This document shows positions 28,195-40,364 of a stretch of 64,000 nucleotides of DNA, in pieces (position 1 is the first letter of the stretch; each line of letters starts with the position of its first letter). The translations under genes were made by a program, and so were the position numbers. The notes below the pieces were generated by a model. The model was not told the DNA's origin. It saw only the letters and a program-made list of their open reading frames with translations, and ran no database searches. The stretch lies in the NCBI GenBank assembly GCA_030616085.1, contig JAUWYA010000001.1, forward strand, positions 8,692 to 72,691, given 5' to 3'. This DNA comes from Candidatus Nealsonbacteria bacterium (GTDB taxonomy: Bacteria; Patescibacteriota; Minisyncoccia; Minisyncoccales; GWA2-38-27).

Positions 28195-28290
28195 ACCCCG
28201 TTAGAGATTATGGGGCAAGATAAGAAAATAATATTTATTATTAATTATGGTTCAAATAAAAAAACAAAGAGAAAGAATCTCTAACGGGGT
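28191..28290. repeat. CCCCGTTAGAGAT...ATCTCTAACGGGG inverted-repeat element spanning the start of the 28247 gene
   Basis: ATGAACCCCGTTAGAGATTATGGGG...GAAAGAATCTCTAACGGGGTG. uORF MNPVRDYGAR*. The right arm encodes 'RISNGVK'. Confidence 0.8.
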
Positions 28291-28732
28291 GAAAAACAAG
28301 GTAATAAAGATCATAGTTCCTATCGTACTTGGTTTAGCTGTTTTAGCAGTTATTGTTTTAGCCGTTGTTCTCGGTTTTAAGCTTTTTGGCAGGACATGCG
28401 ATCCTCTTACGCCTCTTGCTTTGAAAAAGTTTGAAATAGCTGGAGGAGTAAGGCCTATTAAGGGTGATAAGTGCGAAATATCTAAAAACAGCTATTTATT
28501 AAGATTATTTTATGATAGTTCTGATCAAGCAGAAACAGCTAAAACAGGATTAGAGCTGGCAACAGTCGGAGATATGGATGAGATTGAAGATCTTGATTGG
28601 ATAACTAATGACGGCGCTTCTTCGGTTTTCTGGACTAATAAAAAGAAATTAGGGATTTTGGTCATTCCCGGCGAGGATTCAAAAAAAGCAGTTGAAAAAG
28701 AATTAGATAAAGCATTCAAAAAATTAGAATGA
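28247..28732 (+). CDS. Signal-anchored hypothetical protein
   Basis: 'MVQIKKQRERISNGVKNKVIKIIVPIVLGLAVLAVIVLAVVLG'. Confidence 0.4.
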   Translation: MVQIKKQRERISNGVKNKVIKIIVPIVLGLAVLAVIVLAVVLGFKLFGRTCDPLTPLALKKFEIAGGVRPIKGDKCEISKNSYLLRLFYDSSDQAETAKTGLELATVGDMDEIEDLDWITNDGASSVFWTNKKKLGILVIPGEDSKKAVEKELDKAFKKLE

Positions 28733-29100
28733 TTGAAGAATATCATTTTGGTTCCATAACTATTAATGGAAAGACATATAACAATGATGTAGAAGTTCGT
28801 TCCATGTTTTCAAAAACAGAAGTTTTAGATTGGCAAAGAGACGAATCTCATGATATTAATGTTGATGCTGTTAAAAGGGCAGTAGAACAAAAGCCAGATA
28901 CTATTGTAATCGGAACAGGCGAAGCAGGAGCAGCTAAAGTAACAGAGTCGGCCAAGCAGTTTGTTTATGAAAATAAAATTAAGCTGATTATTGATATCAC
29001 AGGCGAAGCTATAAAAACATTTAATGTTATTAAGCAGGACTCTGTAGAAGAAGAAGGAGAAGAAGCTGATATAATCGGTTTATTCCATTTGACTTGTTAA
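28729..29100 (+). CDS. Mth938-like domain protein
   Basis: 'PDTIVIGTGEAGAAKVTESAKQFVYENKIKLIIDITGEAIKTFNVI' matches the Mth938/DUF498 core. Confidence 0.5.
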   Translation: MIEEYHFGSITINGKTYNNDVEVRSMFSKTEVLDWQRDESHDINVDAVKRAVEQKPDTIVIGTGEAGAAKVTESAKQFVYENKIKLIIDITGEAIKTFNVIKQDSVEEEGEEADIIGLFHLTC

Positions 29101-29458
29101 TTTTTTAAAAAATGTTAAAATAAAGATAATCTTGTTTTGGCGGGAAGAGAGAGTTATAAAGGACTACCGCTTTTTTGTCTGCAGACCCGCAGAGTTTTTA
29201 TGCTCTCTTTTCTCTATTTCTTGTTCTTTACGCATTTCAGGATAAACCCATATCTCTGTTTCAGGTTCTATCCTTTAAAGCCCAGTAGTTTTTTCTACTG
29301 GGTTCTCTTTTTTCTGCAAAGTTTGCATTGATTCGTTAAAAAGATTAGAATAGGAATATAAGCAGAGCTTGAAATTTCGTCGGGCTTCGCAAGTAAGAAA
29401 ATAAATTCTCTTACTTGGCTCGTCCCTAGAAATTATAATAAATTAATCGCATAAAGAT

Positions 29459-30256
29459 ATGAAACAAAAAAACATTCATAATCATATGAAAGGCAAGAAG
29501 AAGATATTTCTTGTTTTATTAAGCGTATTGATTGTCTTTTTTATCGTTCTTATTCTTTCAACAGCAGTTGATGTTGTGAATAAGATAAAAGAAGGAAGAT
29601 ATATTAGCCAGAATGTCAGAATAAGAAACTCTATTATAGTTTCAGAAACAGGAGAAGTTTATGCTAAGCCTGACCTGGCTGTTATAACTTTTACTGTTGT
29701 GAAGGAAGCAAAATCAGTTGCTGATGCAATGGATGAAAACAGCGCAACAATGAATAATGTAATTGAAGCAGTAAAAGAGCAGGGGGTTGAAGATAAAGAC
29801 CTAAAAACAACTTCTTTTAATATTAGTCCCCGTTATGAATATTCAGAAGGAACTTATGGCAAGAGAATACTTGTTGGATATGAAGTTGTTCAAGCTCTTC
29901 AAGTAAAGATTAGAGATTTAGGAAAGATTGGAACGATTATTGAAAGAGCTACAAGCTCCGGCGCAAATGAAGCAAGCGATTTGCAAATGACCATTGATAA
30001 TCAAGATGAGTTGAAGAAACAGGCAAGAGAACAGGCAATTACAGGAGCTAAAGTAAAAGCAGAAGAATTAACTTCTCAGCTCGACGTTAAATTAGGAAAG
30101 ATAGTCAGTTTTAATGAAAGTTTTTATGCTCCTTACTATGACAGCAGGGTTTACATGATGGAAGAAGGAATAGGAGGCGCTGGAGTAATTCCTGATATTC
30201 AGACAGGAGAAAACAAAATCTCTGTCTCAGTTGTAATAACCTATGAAATATATTAA
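29459..30256 (+). CDS. SIMPL-domain (DUF541) secreted protein
   Basis: N-terminal TM, then 'ETGEVYAKPDLAVITFTV...' and 'QAITGAKVKAEELTSQLDVKLGKIVSFNE' match SIMPL/YggE-like blocks. Confidence 0.65.
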   Translation: MKQKNIHNHMKGKKKIFLVLLSVLIVFFIVLILSTAVDVVNKIKEGRYISQNVRIRNSIIVSETGEVYAKPDLAVITFTVVKEAKSVADAMDENSATMNNVIEAVKEQGVEDKDLKTTSFNISPRYEYSEGTYGKRILVGYEVVQALQVKIRDLGKIGTIIERATSSGANEASDLQMTIDNQDELKKQAREQAITGAKVKAEELTSQLDVKLGKIVSFNESFYAPYYDSRVYMMEEGIGGAGVIPDIQTGENKISVSVVITYEIY

Positions 30257-30258
30257 AA

Positions 30259-30924
30259 ATGTTTAGGATTTCACCAACAACTGGTTTAAATTTGTTTAAA
30301 GAATGTCCTCGCTGTTTTTGGCTCCATTATAATGAAAAAGTTCACAGGCCTAGAGGTATTTTTCCGTCATTGCCCAGTGGAATGGATTTAGTTATTAAAA
30401 AACACTTTGATAAGTTTCGCAATTCTTTGCCTCCAGAGATTGATGGTAAAGTGGAAGGGCAGTTAGTGCCGGATCTCGGGCTTTTGAATAAATGGAGGGA
30501 CTGGAGAACAGGCTTGGAATATTATGACAAAGAGCGGGACGCTGTTTTATTCGGTGCTTTGGATGATTGTTTGATAAGCGATAATCAGTATATCCCTGTT
30601 GATTACAAGACAAGAGGATTTCCTCCAAAAGAAGGCGACTCTGAAAGATATTATCAAACGCAGATTGATACTTATGCATTGCTTTTGAACGAGAACGGCT
30701 ACAAGGTTAAAGACTTTGCTTATTTGATTTATTATTATCCAGAAGAAGTAAGAGAAGACGGAATAGTTAAGTTTAATATTAAGCCGGTTAGAATTAACAC
30801 GGACTTAGAAAGAGCGAAAAAGACCCTTGAAAACGCAGTTGATTTTCTCAAAGGTCCAATTCCTAAAGAACACAGCAATTGTGAATATTGCTGTTGGATT
30901 AATGACAGGCTTGGCTTTGAATAA
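30259..30924 (+). CDS. PD-(D/E)xK nuclease, Cas4/RecB-like with four Cys (Fe-S type)
   Basis: N-terminal 'CPRCFW', 'ALDDCL', 'IPVDYKT' (D...D/ExK arrangement), C-terminal 'CEYCCW'. No CRISPR array or cas genes in the window. Confidence 0.65.
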   Translation: MFRISPTTGLNLFKECPRCFWLHYNEKVHRPRGIFPSLPSGMDLVIKKHFDKFRNSLPPEIDGKVEGQLVPDLGLLNKWRDWRTGLEYYDKERDAVLFGALDDCLISDNQYIPVDYKTRGFPPKEGDSERYYQTQIDTYALLLNENGYKVKDFAYLIYYYPEEVREDGIVKFNIKPVRINTDLERAKKTLENAVDFLKGPIPKEHSNCEYCCWINDRLGFE

Positions 30925-30933
30925 TTAAGAATT

Positions 30934-31125
30934 GTGGAGTGTAAAAAAGAAGAAAATTTAAAAGATTGTCCGTGTACATATGCTGGATGTCCCAGGAAAG
31001 GGATGTGCTGTGAGTGTTTAAAGTATCATTTGGCAAGCAAAGAGTTGCCAGCTTGTTGTTTTTCAAAAGAGGCAGAAAAGACCTATAACAGGTCATTTAA
31101 GAAATTTATTGAAGATCAGAAATAA
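30934..31125 (+). CDS. Small Cys-rich protein (9 Cys in 63 aa)
   Basis: 'CPCTYAGCPRKGMCCECLKYH...ACC'. Confidence 0.35.
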   Translation: MECKKEENLKDCPCTYAGCPRKGMCCECLKYHLASKELPACCFSKEAEKTYNRSFKKFIEDQK

Positions 31126-31130
31126 AGGTA

Positions 31131-31345
31131 TTGACAAGGGTCTGTGCTTTTTTTATACTTAAAATAGATCTTTCATGTATAACGATTCTGTTTTTTTGAT
31201 TATCCTATTCGGGAGAAAGGAGGAAAAATGAAAAACAAAGCGATTTAATTAGCTAAATCTTGTTAGCCGATTGTGTCAAAAAGATGTTTAAGCCTGATGA
31301 GGATTAAATTCTTCATCAGGCCTTTTTATTTTTGTCCTTGACATA
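31131..31345 (+). ncRNA. Candidate sRNA / micro-ORF locus: consensus promoter, SD + 6-codon ORF (MKNKAI), strong terminator
   Basis: TTGACA(31131-31136)-17-TATACT(31154-31159). AAAGGAGGAAAAATGAAAAACAAAGCGATTTAA. Terminator GCCTGATGAGGATTAAATTCTTCATCAGGC + TTTTTATTTTT. Confidence 0.4.
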
Positions 31346-31460
31346 GTTTTTTAATAAGTTAAAATAAAGATAGTACGTTATTTTATAAGAGTTCCTACCC
31401 CTCCCTAACTCCGGAGCCGAATTCTGTCTTATAGGAATTCGGCTTTATTATTTTATATTA

Positions 31461-31510
31461 AAGTTTTCCACAGATTGTAGTTTACAAACAGAGTGTTTTT
31501 TATTTAATTG
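31461..31510 (+). repeat. Repeat X (GTTTTCCACAGRTTRTRGTTTACAAAS...TGTTTTT) copy 1
   Basis: Three copies (31461, 31629, 32511) flank the RAYT gene. Confidence 0.7.
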
Positions 31511-31690
31511 GTTCGAGTCCTAGCCCCTGAGCTACGATCAGAGGGTTAATAGCCCTCCTTTATTTTAAAACTCTTGATATCCATAAATATTACAACTTTA
31601 TAGGTTTTTTCTATTTGACAAGCTTTATAAAGTTTTCCACAGGTTATGGTTTACAAAGACAGCCCTTTTCCTTTAAAATAAAAGATGATA

Positions 31691-31716
31691 GTCTGGCGGT
31701 ATCGGATACCGCCAAC
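31691..31716. repeat. REP palindrome (GTCTGGCGGTATCGGATACCGCCAAC)
   Basis: Upstream flank of rayT. Confidence 0.85.
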
Positions 31717-31725
31717 TTCAATTTT

Positions 31726-32481
31726 ATGCGAAAACAACCATTTACAATAGATAGTTATGTTCATGTTTATAATAGAGGGAATCGAAAGACAGAGATAGTT
31801 CGAGCTGTCGCAGATAATTGGCGATTTTTACAAAGCCTTCGATTTTTTAATGATTCTCATTCTTCCACTCATATTTTACGTCAATTGGAGCTAGCTGGTC
31901 TGGCGGTATCCGATACCGCCAAGCCTACTATATCAAGAGAGTTTGAGTCTGTGTTTGAGATGGGATGGCCTCCGAATTGGCCAGAAAAAGATCCTCTAGT
32001 AAAAATTTTATCTTATTGTTTAATGCCAAACCATTTTCACCTGCTATTAAAAGAAATTAGAAAAGGTGGGATTAGTAAATTTATGCAAAAACTCGGCATA
32101 GGTTACACAAATTATTTCAATCTCAAATATCAAGAAGTAGGTAAAGTTTTTCAGGGAGGTTATAAAGCAAAATTAGTAAACGAAGAAATGTATTTGAAAT
32201 ACTTGTGTATTTATATTCAAGTAATAAATGTTTTAGAATTATTTCCGGGCGGTCTTAAAACGGCTCTTAAAAGCCCTAAAGATGCGATGAAATTTGTAGA
32301 CGATTATCCTTTTTCAAGTCATCTAGATTATGCTGGATTGCGAAAGTCTTTAATTATTGATAAAGACGTATTGGGTGAGTTTCTTCCCACATCAGAAGAT
32401 TACAGAAAATTTGCTCATGATTCAGTGATAGCAAAAGACTTTTATCAGATATTAGAAAAAGAAGACTTAAGGCTCGAATAA
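31726..32481 (+). CDS. REP-associated tyrosine transposase (RAYT) / IS200-IS605-family Y1 transposase-like; carries an internal in-frame REP
   Basis: 'YVHVYNRGNRKTEIV' (IS200-like N-terminal block), HuH motif 'YCLMPNHFHLLLKE', C-terminal 'FQGGYKAKLVNEEMYLKYLCIYIQ' (Tyr region). Confidence 0.6.
   Translation: MRKQPFTIDSYVHVYNRGNRKTEIVRAVADNWRFLQSLRFFNDSHSSTHILRQLELAGLAVSDTAKPTISREFESVFEMGWPPNWPEKDPLVKILSYCLMPNHFHLLLKEIRKGGISKFMQKLGIGYTNYFNLKYQEVGKVFQGGYKAKLVNEEMYLKYLCIYIQVINVLELFPGGLKTALKSPKDAMKFVDDYPFSSHLDYAGLRKSLIIDKDVLGEFLPTSEDYRKFAHDSVIAKDFYQILEKEDLRLE
31901..31924. repeat. REP palindrome inside the rayT reading frame (encodes 'LAVSDTAK')
   Basis: CTGGCGGTATCCGATACCGCCAAG. Confidence 0.85.
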
Positions 32482-32513
32482 CTGTCTGGCGGTATCCGAT
32501 ACCGCCAGACAGT
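32481..32513. repeat. REP palindrome, extended 33-bp form (ACTGTCTGGCGGTATCCGATACCGCCAGACAGT)
   Basis: Immediately after the rayT stop. Confidence 0.85.
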
Positions 32514-32600
32514 TTTCCACAGGTTGTGGTTTACAAAGAGGGTGTTTTTCCTTTAAAATAAAGAAACAAATTCAATAAGCCTGGCTTATCAAGCAAAACT

Positions 32601-33227
32601 ATGGATAGAAAATTCACTATTTTTATTCTTATTCTTTTACTCCTCGCTGTTATAGGAGTTTTTTGGTGGTGGACCGCAAAGGAAAAGGAGTCCGAAGAAG
32701 GGAAAAGTGTCTGGAAGATAGAGTTAGTTCGGGAGGGCTATGAGGTCATAGAAACGTCAGAAGGAAAATTTTTAGAAAATAAAAAGTATGGGCTAGAAGT
32801 TAAAGTGCCAGAGGGGTGGATTGTTAAAGATTATGGGACTGAAATAGATCTTTTAAGTCCAGAAACAGAATTTGATGAATATGGTGGGGTTTCTATGGAA
32901 AGTATTAGGGAAAAAGGTGCTTGTGGAGTAAGTGTTGAGATAATAAAATGTGAAAAAGTAGACCCTGAAATAGAAACTGATGCAGAAGAAATTGAGTTTT
33001 TAATTTCCGAAACCCAAAAGAATCCTGCACAAATGGAAGAAAAAGGATATGAGCTTATAGAGATAGGCGACCATTTAGCATTGAAAAAAGTTTCGGCAAA
33101 AGGAAAACGTATTTCAGTCAATATAGTTATTAGTAATATAGTGTATTCTTTTGATACTTATGTTTTTTTTGAAAAATGTTCTCAAGAATTTGATAAGGTT
33201 TTACAAACAGTTGAAATTAGGAAATAA
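32601..33227 (+). CDS. Signal-anchored acidic hypothetical protein
   Basis: 'FTIFILILLLLAVIGVFWWW', then an E/K-rich body. Confidence 0.4.
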   Translation: MDRKFTIFILILLLLAVIGVFWWWTAKEKESEEGKSVWKIELVREGYEVIETSEGKFLENKKYGLEVKVPEGWIVKDYGTEIDLLSPETEFDEYGGVSMESIREKGACGVSVEIIKCEKVDPEIETDAEEIEFLISETQKNPAQMEEKGYELIEIGDHLALKKVSAKGKRISVNIVISNIVYSFDTYVFFEKCSQEFDKVLQTVEIRK

Positions 33228-33233
33228 GATATT

Positions 33234-37193
<3,960 letters not shown>

Positions 37194-37221
37194 ATAATAA
37201 GCTTAGCTTGCTTTTATTTGA

Positions 37222-37290
37222 CCCCGTTAGAAGCCGCCCTGCCGAAGGCACGGCTACGGCCGCCTCGGGGCGATCTGCTTCTAACGGGGT
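37222..37290. repeat. CCCCGTTAGAAG...CTTCTAACGGGG inverted-repeat element with a GC-rich internal hairpin; the 3' arm supplies TTGACA
   Basis: ACCCCGTTAGAAGCCGCCCTGCCGAAGGCACGGCTACGGCCGCCTCGGGGCGATCTGCTTCTAACGGGGTTGACAAGGG. Confidence 0.75.
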
Positions 37291-37392
37291 TGACAAGGGT
37301 TTATGATATTTAGTAAAATAGAATTAGGTTAGTTCTTTTCATTCTTCTTTTTGTATTTTTACACTCTCCTCCATGCAAAAAGAGAATGTATG

Positions 37393-37432
37393 GACCCGTT
37401 GAAGCTGCATAGTTTTTACGGGTCCTTTTTCT
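37393..37432 (+). terminator. Hairpin GGACCCGT...ACGGGTCC + TTTTTC
   Basis: 8-bp stem. Confidence 0.45.
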
Positions 37433-37436
37433 TGAC

Positions 37437-37495
37437 CCCGTAGAGAAAATTTGACTTGCTTCGCAAATGAATATTTGTCAAATTTCTTCTACGGG
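37437..37495. repeat. Long-variant inverted-repeat element (CCCCGTAGAGAAAATTTGAC...GTCAAATTTCTTCTACGGGG)
   Basis: Same arms as 1311 and 6991. Confidence 0.8.
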
Positions 37496-37497
37496 GT

Positions 37498-37525
37498 TTG
37501 ACCCGTTTGTTTGATTGTGTATAAT
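37498..37525 (+). promoter_or_regulatory. Promoter TTGACC-16-(TG)TATAAT whose -35 abuts the IR element
   Basis: -35 at 37498-37503, extended -10 GTGTATAAT at 37517-37525. Confidence 0.55.
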
Positions 37526-37531
37526 GAAACA

Positions 37532-37996
37532 ATGAACAAAGATTTTATTTTCTTGATTTTGCTTTTGGTTATTGTATCTGGAGTTTTATTCTGGCAGAAT
37601 CCTGAGACCGTTGGCTTTTATTTTGATAAAGTAAAAGCAGGAATATCTCCAAAATTGGAGTTATCTGAAGATTCTGGTTTGGATTTATCCGAAGTTAATA
37701 TTGAAAGTTTGTTTGAGCAGGATGAAAAGAAAGAAGAATCCGCCTTTGCCCTTGAGAGAGTTACACTGGATGAGGAACCCGTCCTCACTGAAGTTTCGGC
37801 TGACGAGGATGGGATTGGAGGTCCTTTGATTGGAGAATTACTAGAAATGGAAGAAACCTTAGAGAAAGAGGTTGTTGTTTTGGAGAAGAAGCTGACTTTA
37901 GAAGAGATAGAACAGGAAGTTAACAAAGTTGCTGAAGAGGTTGAAAGAATAGATAAAGAAGTCCAAATTCTGGTTGCTTTGGATAAACCCAATTAA
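37532..37996 (+). CDS. Signal-anchored acidic protein, unknown
   Basis: 'MNKDFIFLILLLVIVSGVLFW', then an E-rich body. ATG at 37532 sits after the promoter, the 37511 ATG does not. Confidence 0.4.
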   Translation: MNKDFIFLILLLVIVSGVLFWQNPETVGFYFDKVKAGISPKLELSEDSGLDLSEVNIESLFEQDEKKEESAFALERVTLDEEPVLTEVSADEDGIGGPLIGELLEMEETLEKEVVVLEKKLTLEEIEQEVNKVAEEVERIDKEVQILVALDKPN

Positions 37997-38067
37997 ATAA
38001 AATTCCAAAGGAATTTTAGCCCAAAGGGCTATTTAATCGGGATAAAGCTCAATAAAAGGCTAAAAAT

Positions 38068-38151
38068 GCCCCGTAGAGAAATTTCGAAAAACCCCTACAG
38101 GGTAATAATAAGAATTTCGGAGAAATTCTTAATTCGAAATTCTTCTACGGG
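38068..38151. repeat. Long-variant inverted-repeat element (CCCCGTAGAGAAATTTCG...CGAAATTCTTCTACGGGG)
   Basis: Lies directly upstream of the ATG at 38153. Confidence 0.75.
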
Positions 38152-38152
38152 G

Positions 38153-38671
38153 ATGGATAAAAATAACCTTGTTGAACTTACAAATAAAGTTTATAAACTG
38201 ACTTTGCTTTTTCCTAAAAAAGAACCTTTGAGGTATAAAATAAGGGAAGTTGCTGATGATATTTTAGCTTGTAATTCAAGTTCAAAGAAATTGCAGGAGA
38301 ATTTAGGCGTTCTTAAAAAGTACTTTGAAGTAGCTAAATGGCAGAATTGGGTAAGTTATTTTGATATTTTGGAGATTGAAAAGAAATATGATAAAATTGA
38401 GAAAGGTTTATTAAAACATGCAGAACTTCAGAAAGGTCCGACCTTTGCCAAGATTGACGGGAGTCAGACCTTAGTTAAAACTTTAGATAATAGAAAAGAA
38501 AGGATTTTAGAGATTTTGAAAGAAAAAGAAAGAATTCAGGTTTGGGAGGTTAATGAGATTTTATCTGATGTATCTAAAAGAACCTTGCGAAGGGATTTTG
38601 AGCAATTATTAAAGCAGGGCTTGGTTGAAAGAATAGGAGAGAGAAACAATACTTTTTACCAATTAAAGTGA
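38153..38671 (+). CDS. Four-helix-bundle ('23S rRNA intervening-sequence'-type) protein fused to a C-terminal winged-helix DNA-binding domain
   Basis: 'LVELTNKVYKLTLLFPKKEPLRYKIREVADDILA' resembles the TIGR02436 family. C-terminal 'ILEILKEKERIQVWEVNEILSDVSKRTLRRDFEQLLKQGLVERIG' is DeoR/HTH_11-like. Confidence 0.55.
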   Translation: MDKNNLVELTNKVYKLTLLFPKKEPLRYKIREVADDILACNSSSKKLQENLGVLKKYFEVAKWQNWVSYFDILEIEKKYDKIEKGLLKHAELQKGPTFAKIDGSQTLVKTLDNRKERILEILKEKERIQVWEVNEILSDVSKRTLRRDFEQLLKQGLVERIGERNNTFYQLK

Positions 38672-38717
38672 AAAAAGTGGAAGAGAGCAGGTCTCTTCTG
38701 TTCTAGGTAGGACATAG

Positions 38718-39269
38718 ATGTCCTACCTTAATACTATTTTGTCCTACCTAAAAATGAATAATCATAGAAAAATCTTTACACAAATATACGATGATTATGT
38801 AGATAAAATCTATCGTTTTATCTTTTTTAAGGTAAATTCCGAGGAAATTGCTCAAGATTTGTGTTCAGAAACCTTTTTGCGCGGATGGCAGAGTTTTAAA
38901 GCTAAAAAAGAGAATAATAAGCAAGAAATTGAAAACCCTCAGGCCTTTTTATATCAAATTGCCCGTAATTTAGTAATTGACCATTACAGGGAAAAGGGTA
39001 GGACACAGACAGTTTCGGCAGATTATGTTTCAATTACTGACCCTGGACAAGATTTAGAAGAACAAGCTTTATCCAGATCAGACCTTGATACAATTAAATT
39101 AGCTTTAACTGATTTGAAAGATAATTATCAGGAATTAGTTGTTTGGCATTACATAGATGATTTATCAATTTCTGAAATAGCCAAGATGCTTAAAAAACCA
39201 GAAGGAACAGTCAGAGTAATGCTTCATCGGGCTTTAAAATCCCTTAGAAATAATTTGAAAGAAACCTAA
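38718..39269 (+). CDS. ECF-subfamily sigma-70 factor
   Basis: Region 2 'KIYRFIFFKV...EEIAQDLCSETFLRGW', region 4 'LSISEIAKMLKKPEGTVRVMLHRALKSLR'. Confidence 0.8.
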   Translation: MSYLNTILSYLKMNNHRKIFTQIYDDYVDKIYRFIFFKVNSEEIAQDLCSETFLRGWQSFKAKKENNKQEIENPQAFLYQIARNLVIDHYREKGRTQTVSADYVSITDPGQDLEEQALSRSDLDTIKLALTDLKDNYQELVVWHYIDDLSISEIAKMLKKPEGTVRVMLHRALKSLRNNLKET

Positions 39270-39277
39270 AGATAAAG

Positions 39278-39330
39278 GTGTTGGCGGTATCGGATACCGC
39301 CAGAGCCTGGCGGTATCCGATACCGCCAAC
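39278..39330. repeat. REP doublet in opposite orientations (TTGGCGGTATCGGATACCGCCAGAGCCTGGCGGTATCCGATACCGCCAAC)
   Basis: REPIN-like pair between the sigma factor gene and the downstream gene. Confidence 0.85.
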
Positions 39331-39405
39331 AAGGGATATCCGATAAGTGTAATATAAGTGTAATATAGGTGTAACAAAAGGCCCATTTTCTCGTCTTAAT
39401 TATAT

Positions 39406-40152
39406 ATGGCTAAATTCACTGAAAAACAGCTTATTAGCAAACTTCAGGAACTTAGACAGATTAAGCCCAGCAATGACTGGGTTGTTTTTACTAAAGAACA
39501 GGTATTGGGAAAAGAAAAAACAGGGCCTGAATTTTCTTTTATTTCATTTATTAGAGAGATTCAAAAAGGAGAAAGATTTGTTTTTCAACACAAGCCAGCT
39601 TTTGCTTTTGCTTTAGCTATGGTAATTTTAATCGGGGTTTTTGGTTTTGCGCAGAATTCAATGCCTGGCGATTCACTCTTTCCTTTAAAAAGGATTGCTG
39701 AAAAAGGTCAGGCAGTTTTTGTTTCTGAAAAAGACCAGGCAAAGCATAGCTTTGAGTTGGTTAATAAACGTTTGGATGATTTGACTAAAATCGCTGAAGA
39801 AAATGAAGTAAAGAATTTAGCCCCAGCAATAAATGAATATCAGGAAAGCGTTTCTAAAGCGGCTGAAAGCTTAGCAACAATGGAGAGTGTAAAAGAAATC
39901 GTTGAAGAGATTAAAAAATTAGAGAAAAACGAAGAAAAGGTAAAGTCATTAGGCATAGAAATAGGAGAAAGCGAAGAAATGCATAGCGCTTTGGCTAAAA
40001 TAGTGGAAAGCGAAATTGAGGATTTGGAAAGGAAAACTCTATCTGAAGAGAAACAGGAAGTTTTAGCTGAAGTAAAACAGGATTATGAAGCAGGAAATTA
40101 CTTCCAAGCCCTTGTAAAAATTTTACTTTTAATCAATAATAATAATAATTAA
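39406..40152 (+). CDS. Single-pass membrane protein, anti-sigma-factor-like (DUF5667-like extracytoplasmic domain)
   Basis: ~70-aa cytoplasmic N-terminus, TM 'FAFALAMVILIGVFGF', then 'LFPLKRIAEKGQAVFVSEKDQAKHSFELVNKRLDDL'. Immediately follows the ECF sigma gene. Confidence 0.45.
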   Translation: MAKFTEKQLISKLQELRQIKPSNDWVVFTKEQVLGKEKTGPEFSFISFIREIQKGERFVFQHKPAFAFALAMVILIGVFGFAQNSMPGDSLFPLKRIAEKGQAVFVSEKDQAKHSFELVNKRLDDLTKIAEENEVKNLAPAINEYQESVSKAAESLATMESVKEIVEEIKKLEKNEEKVKSLGIEIGESEEMHSALAKIVESEIEDLERKTLSEEKQEVLAEVKQDYEAGNYFQALVKILLLINNNNN

Positions 40153-40163
40153 ATAACAAAAGT

Positions 40164-40192
40164 GTTGGCGGTATCCGATACCGCCAACACAA
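40164..40192. repeat. REP palindrome (GTGTTGGCGGTATCCGATACCGCCAACAC)
   Basis: After the anti-sigma-like gene. Confidence 0.85.
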
Positions 40193-40364
40193 ATCCATAT
40201 CATCGTTAATCTTAGTTTTTTGAGTGGTTGACGCCAAGTCACCCCAATTAGAAATTGAAAATTTCTAACGGGACAAATAAAATTTTTATGCTCAAAAGAC
40301 CAAGACAGAAAAGTCGATTAATGATTAAGTAAATTATTAATTAACAAAAACACAGATTAAAAAA

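Larger units (their letters stand above)
31629..32570 (+). mobile_element. RAYT unit: repeat X / REP / rayT-like gene / REP / repeat X
   Basis: Order X(31629-31685), REP(31691-31716), CDS, REP(32481-32513), X(32511-32570). An additional REP lies inside the CDS at 31901-31924. Confidence 0.6.

Noticed and set aside
38066-38152. Start codon at 38066 for the four-helix-bundle gene
   Set aside because: The first 29 codons are the translation of an IR element (CCCCGTAGAGAAATTTCG...). The ATG at 38153 gives a normal family N-terminus.
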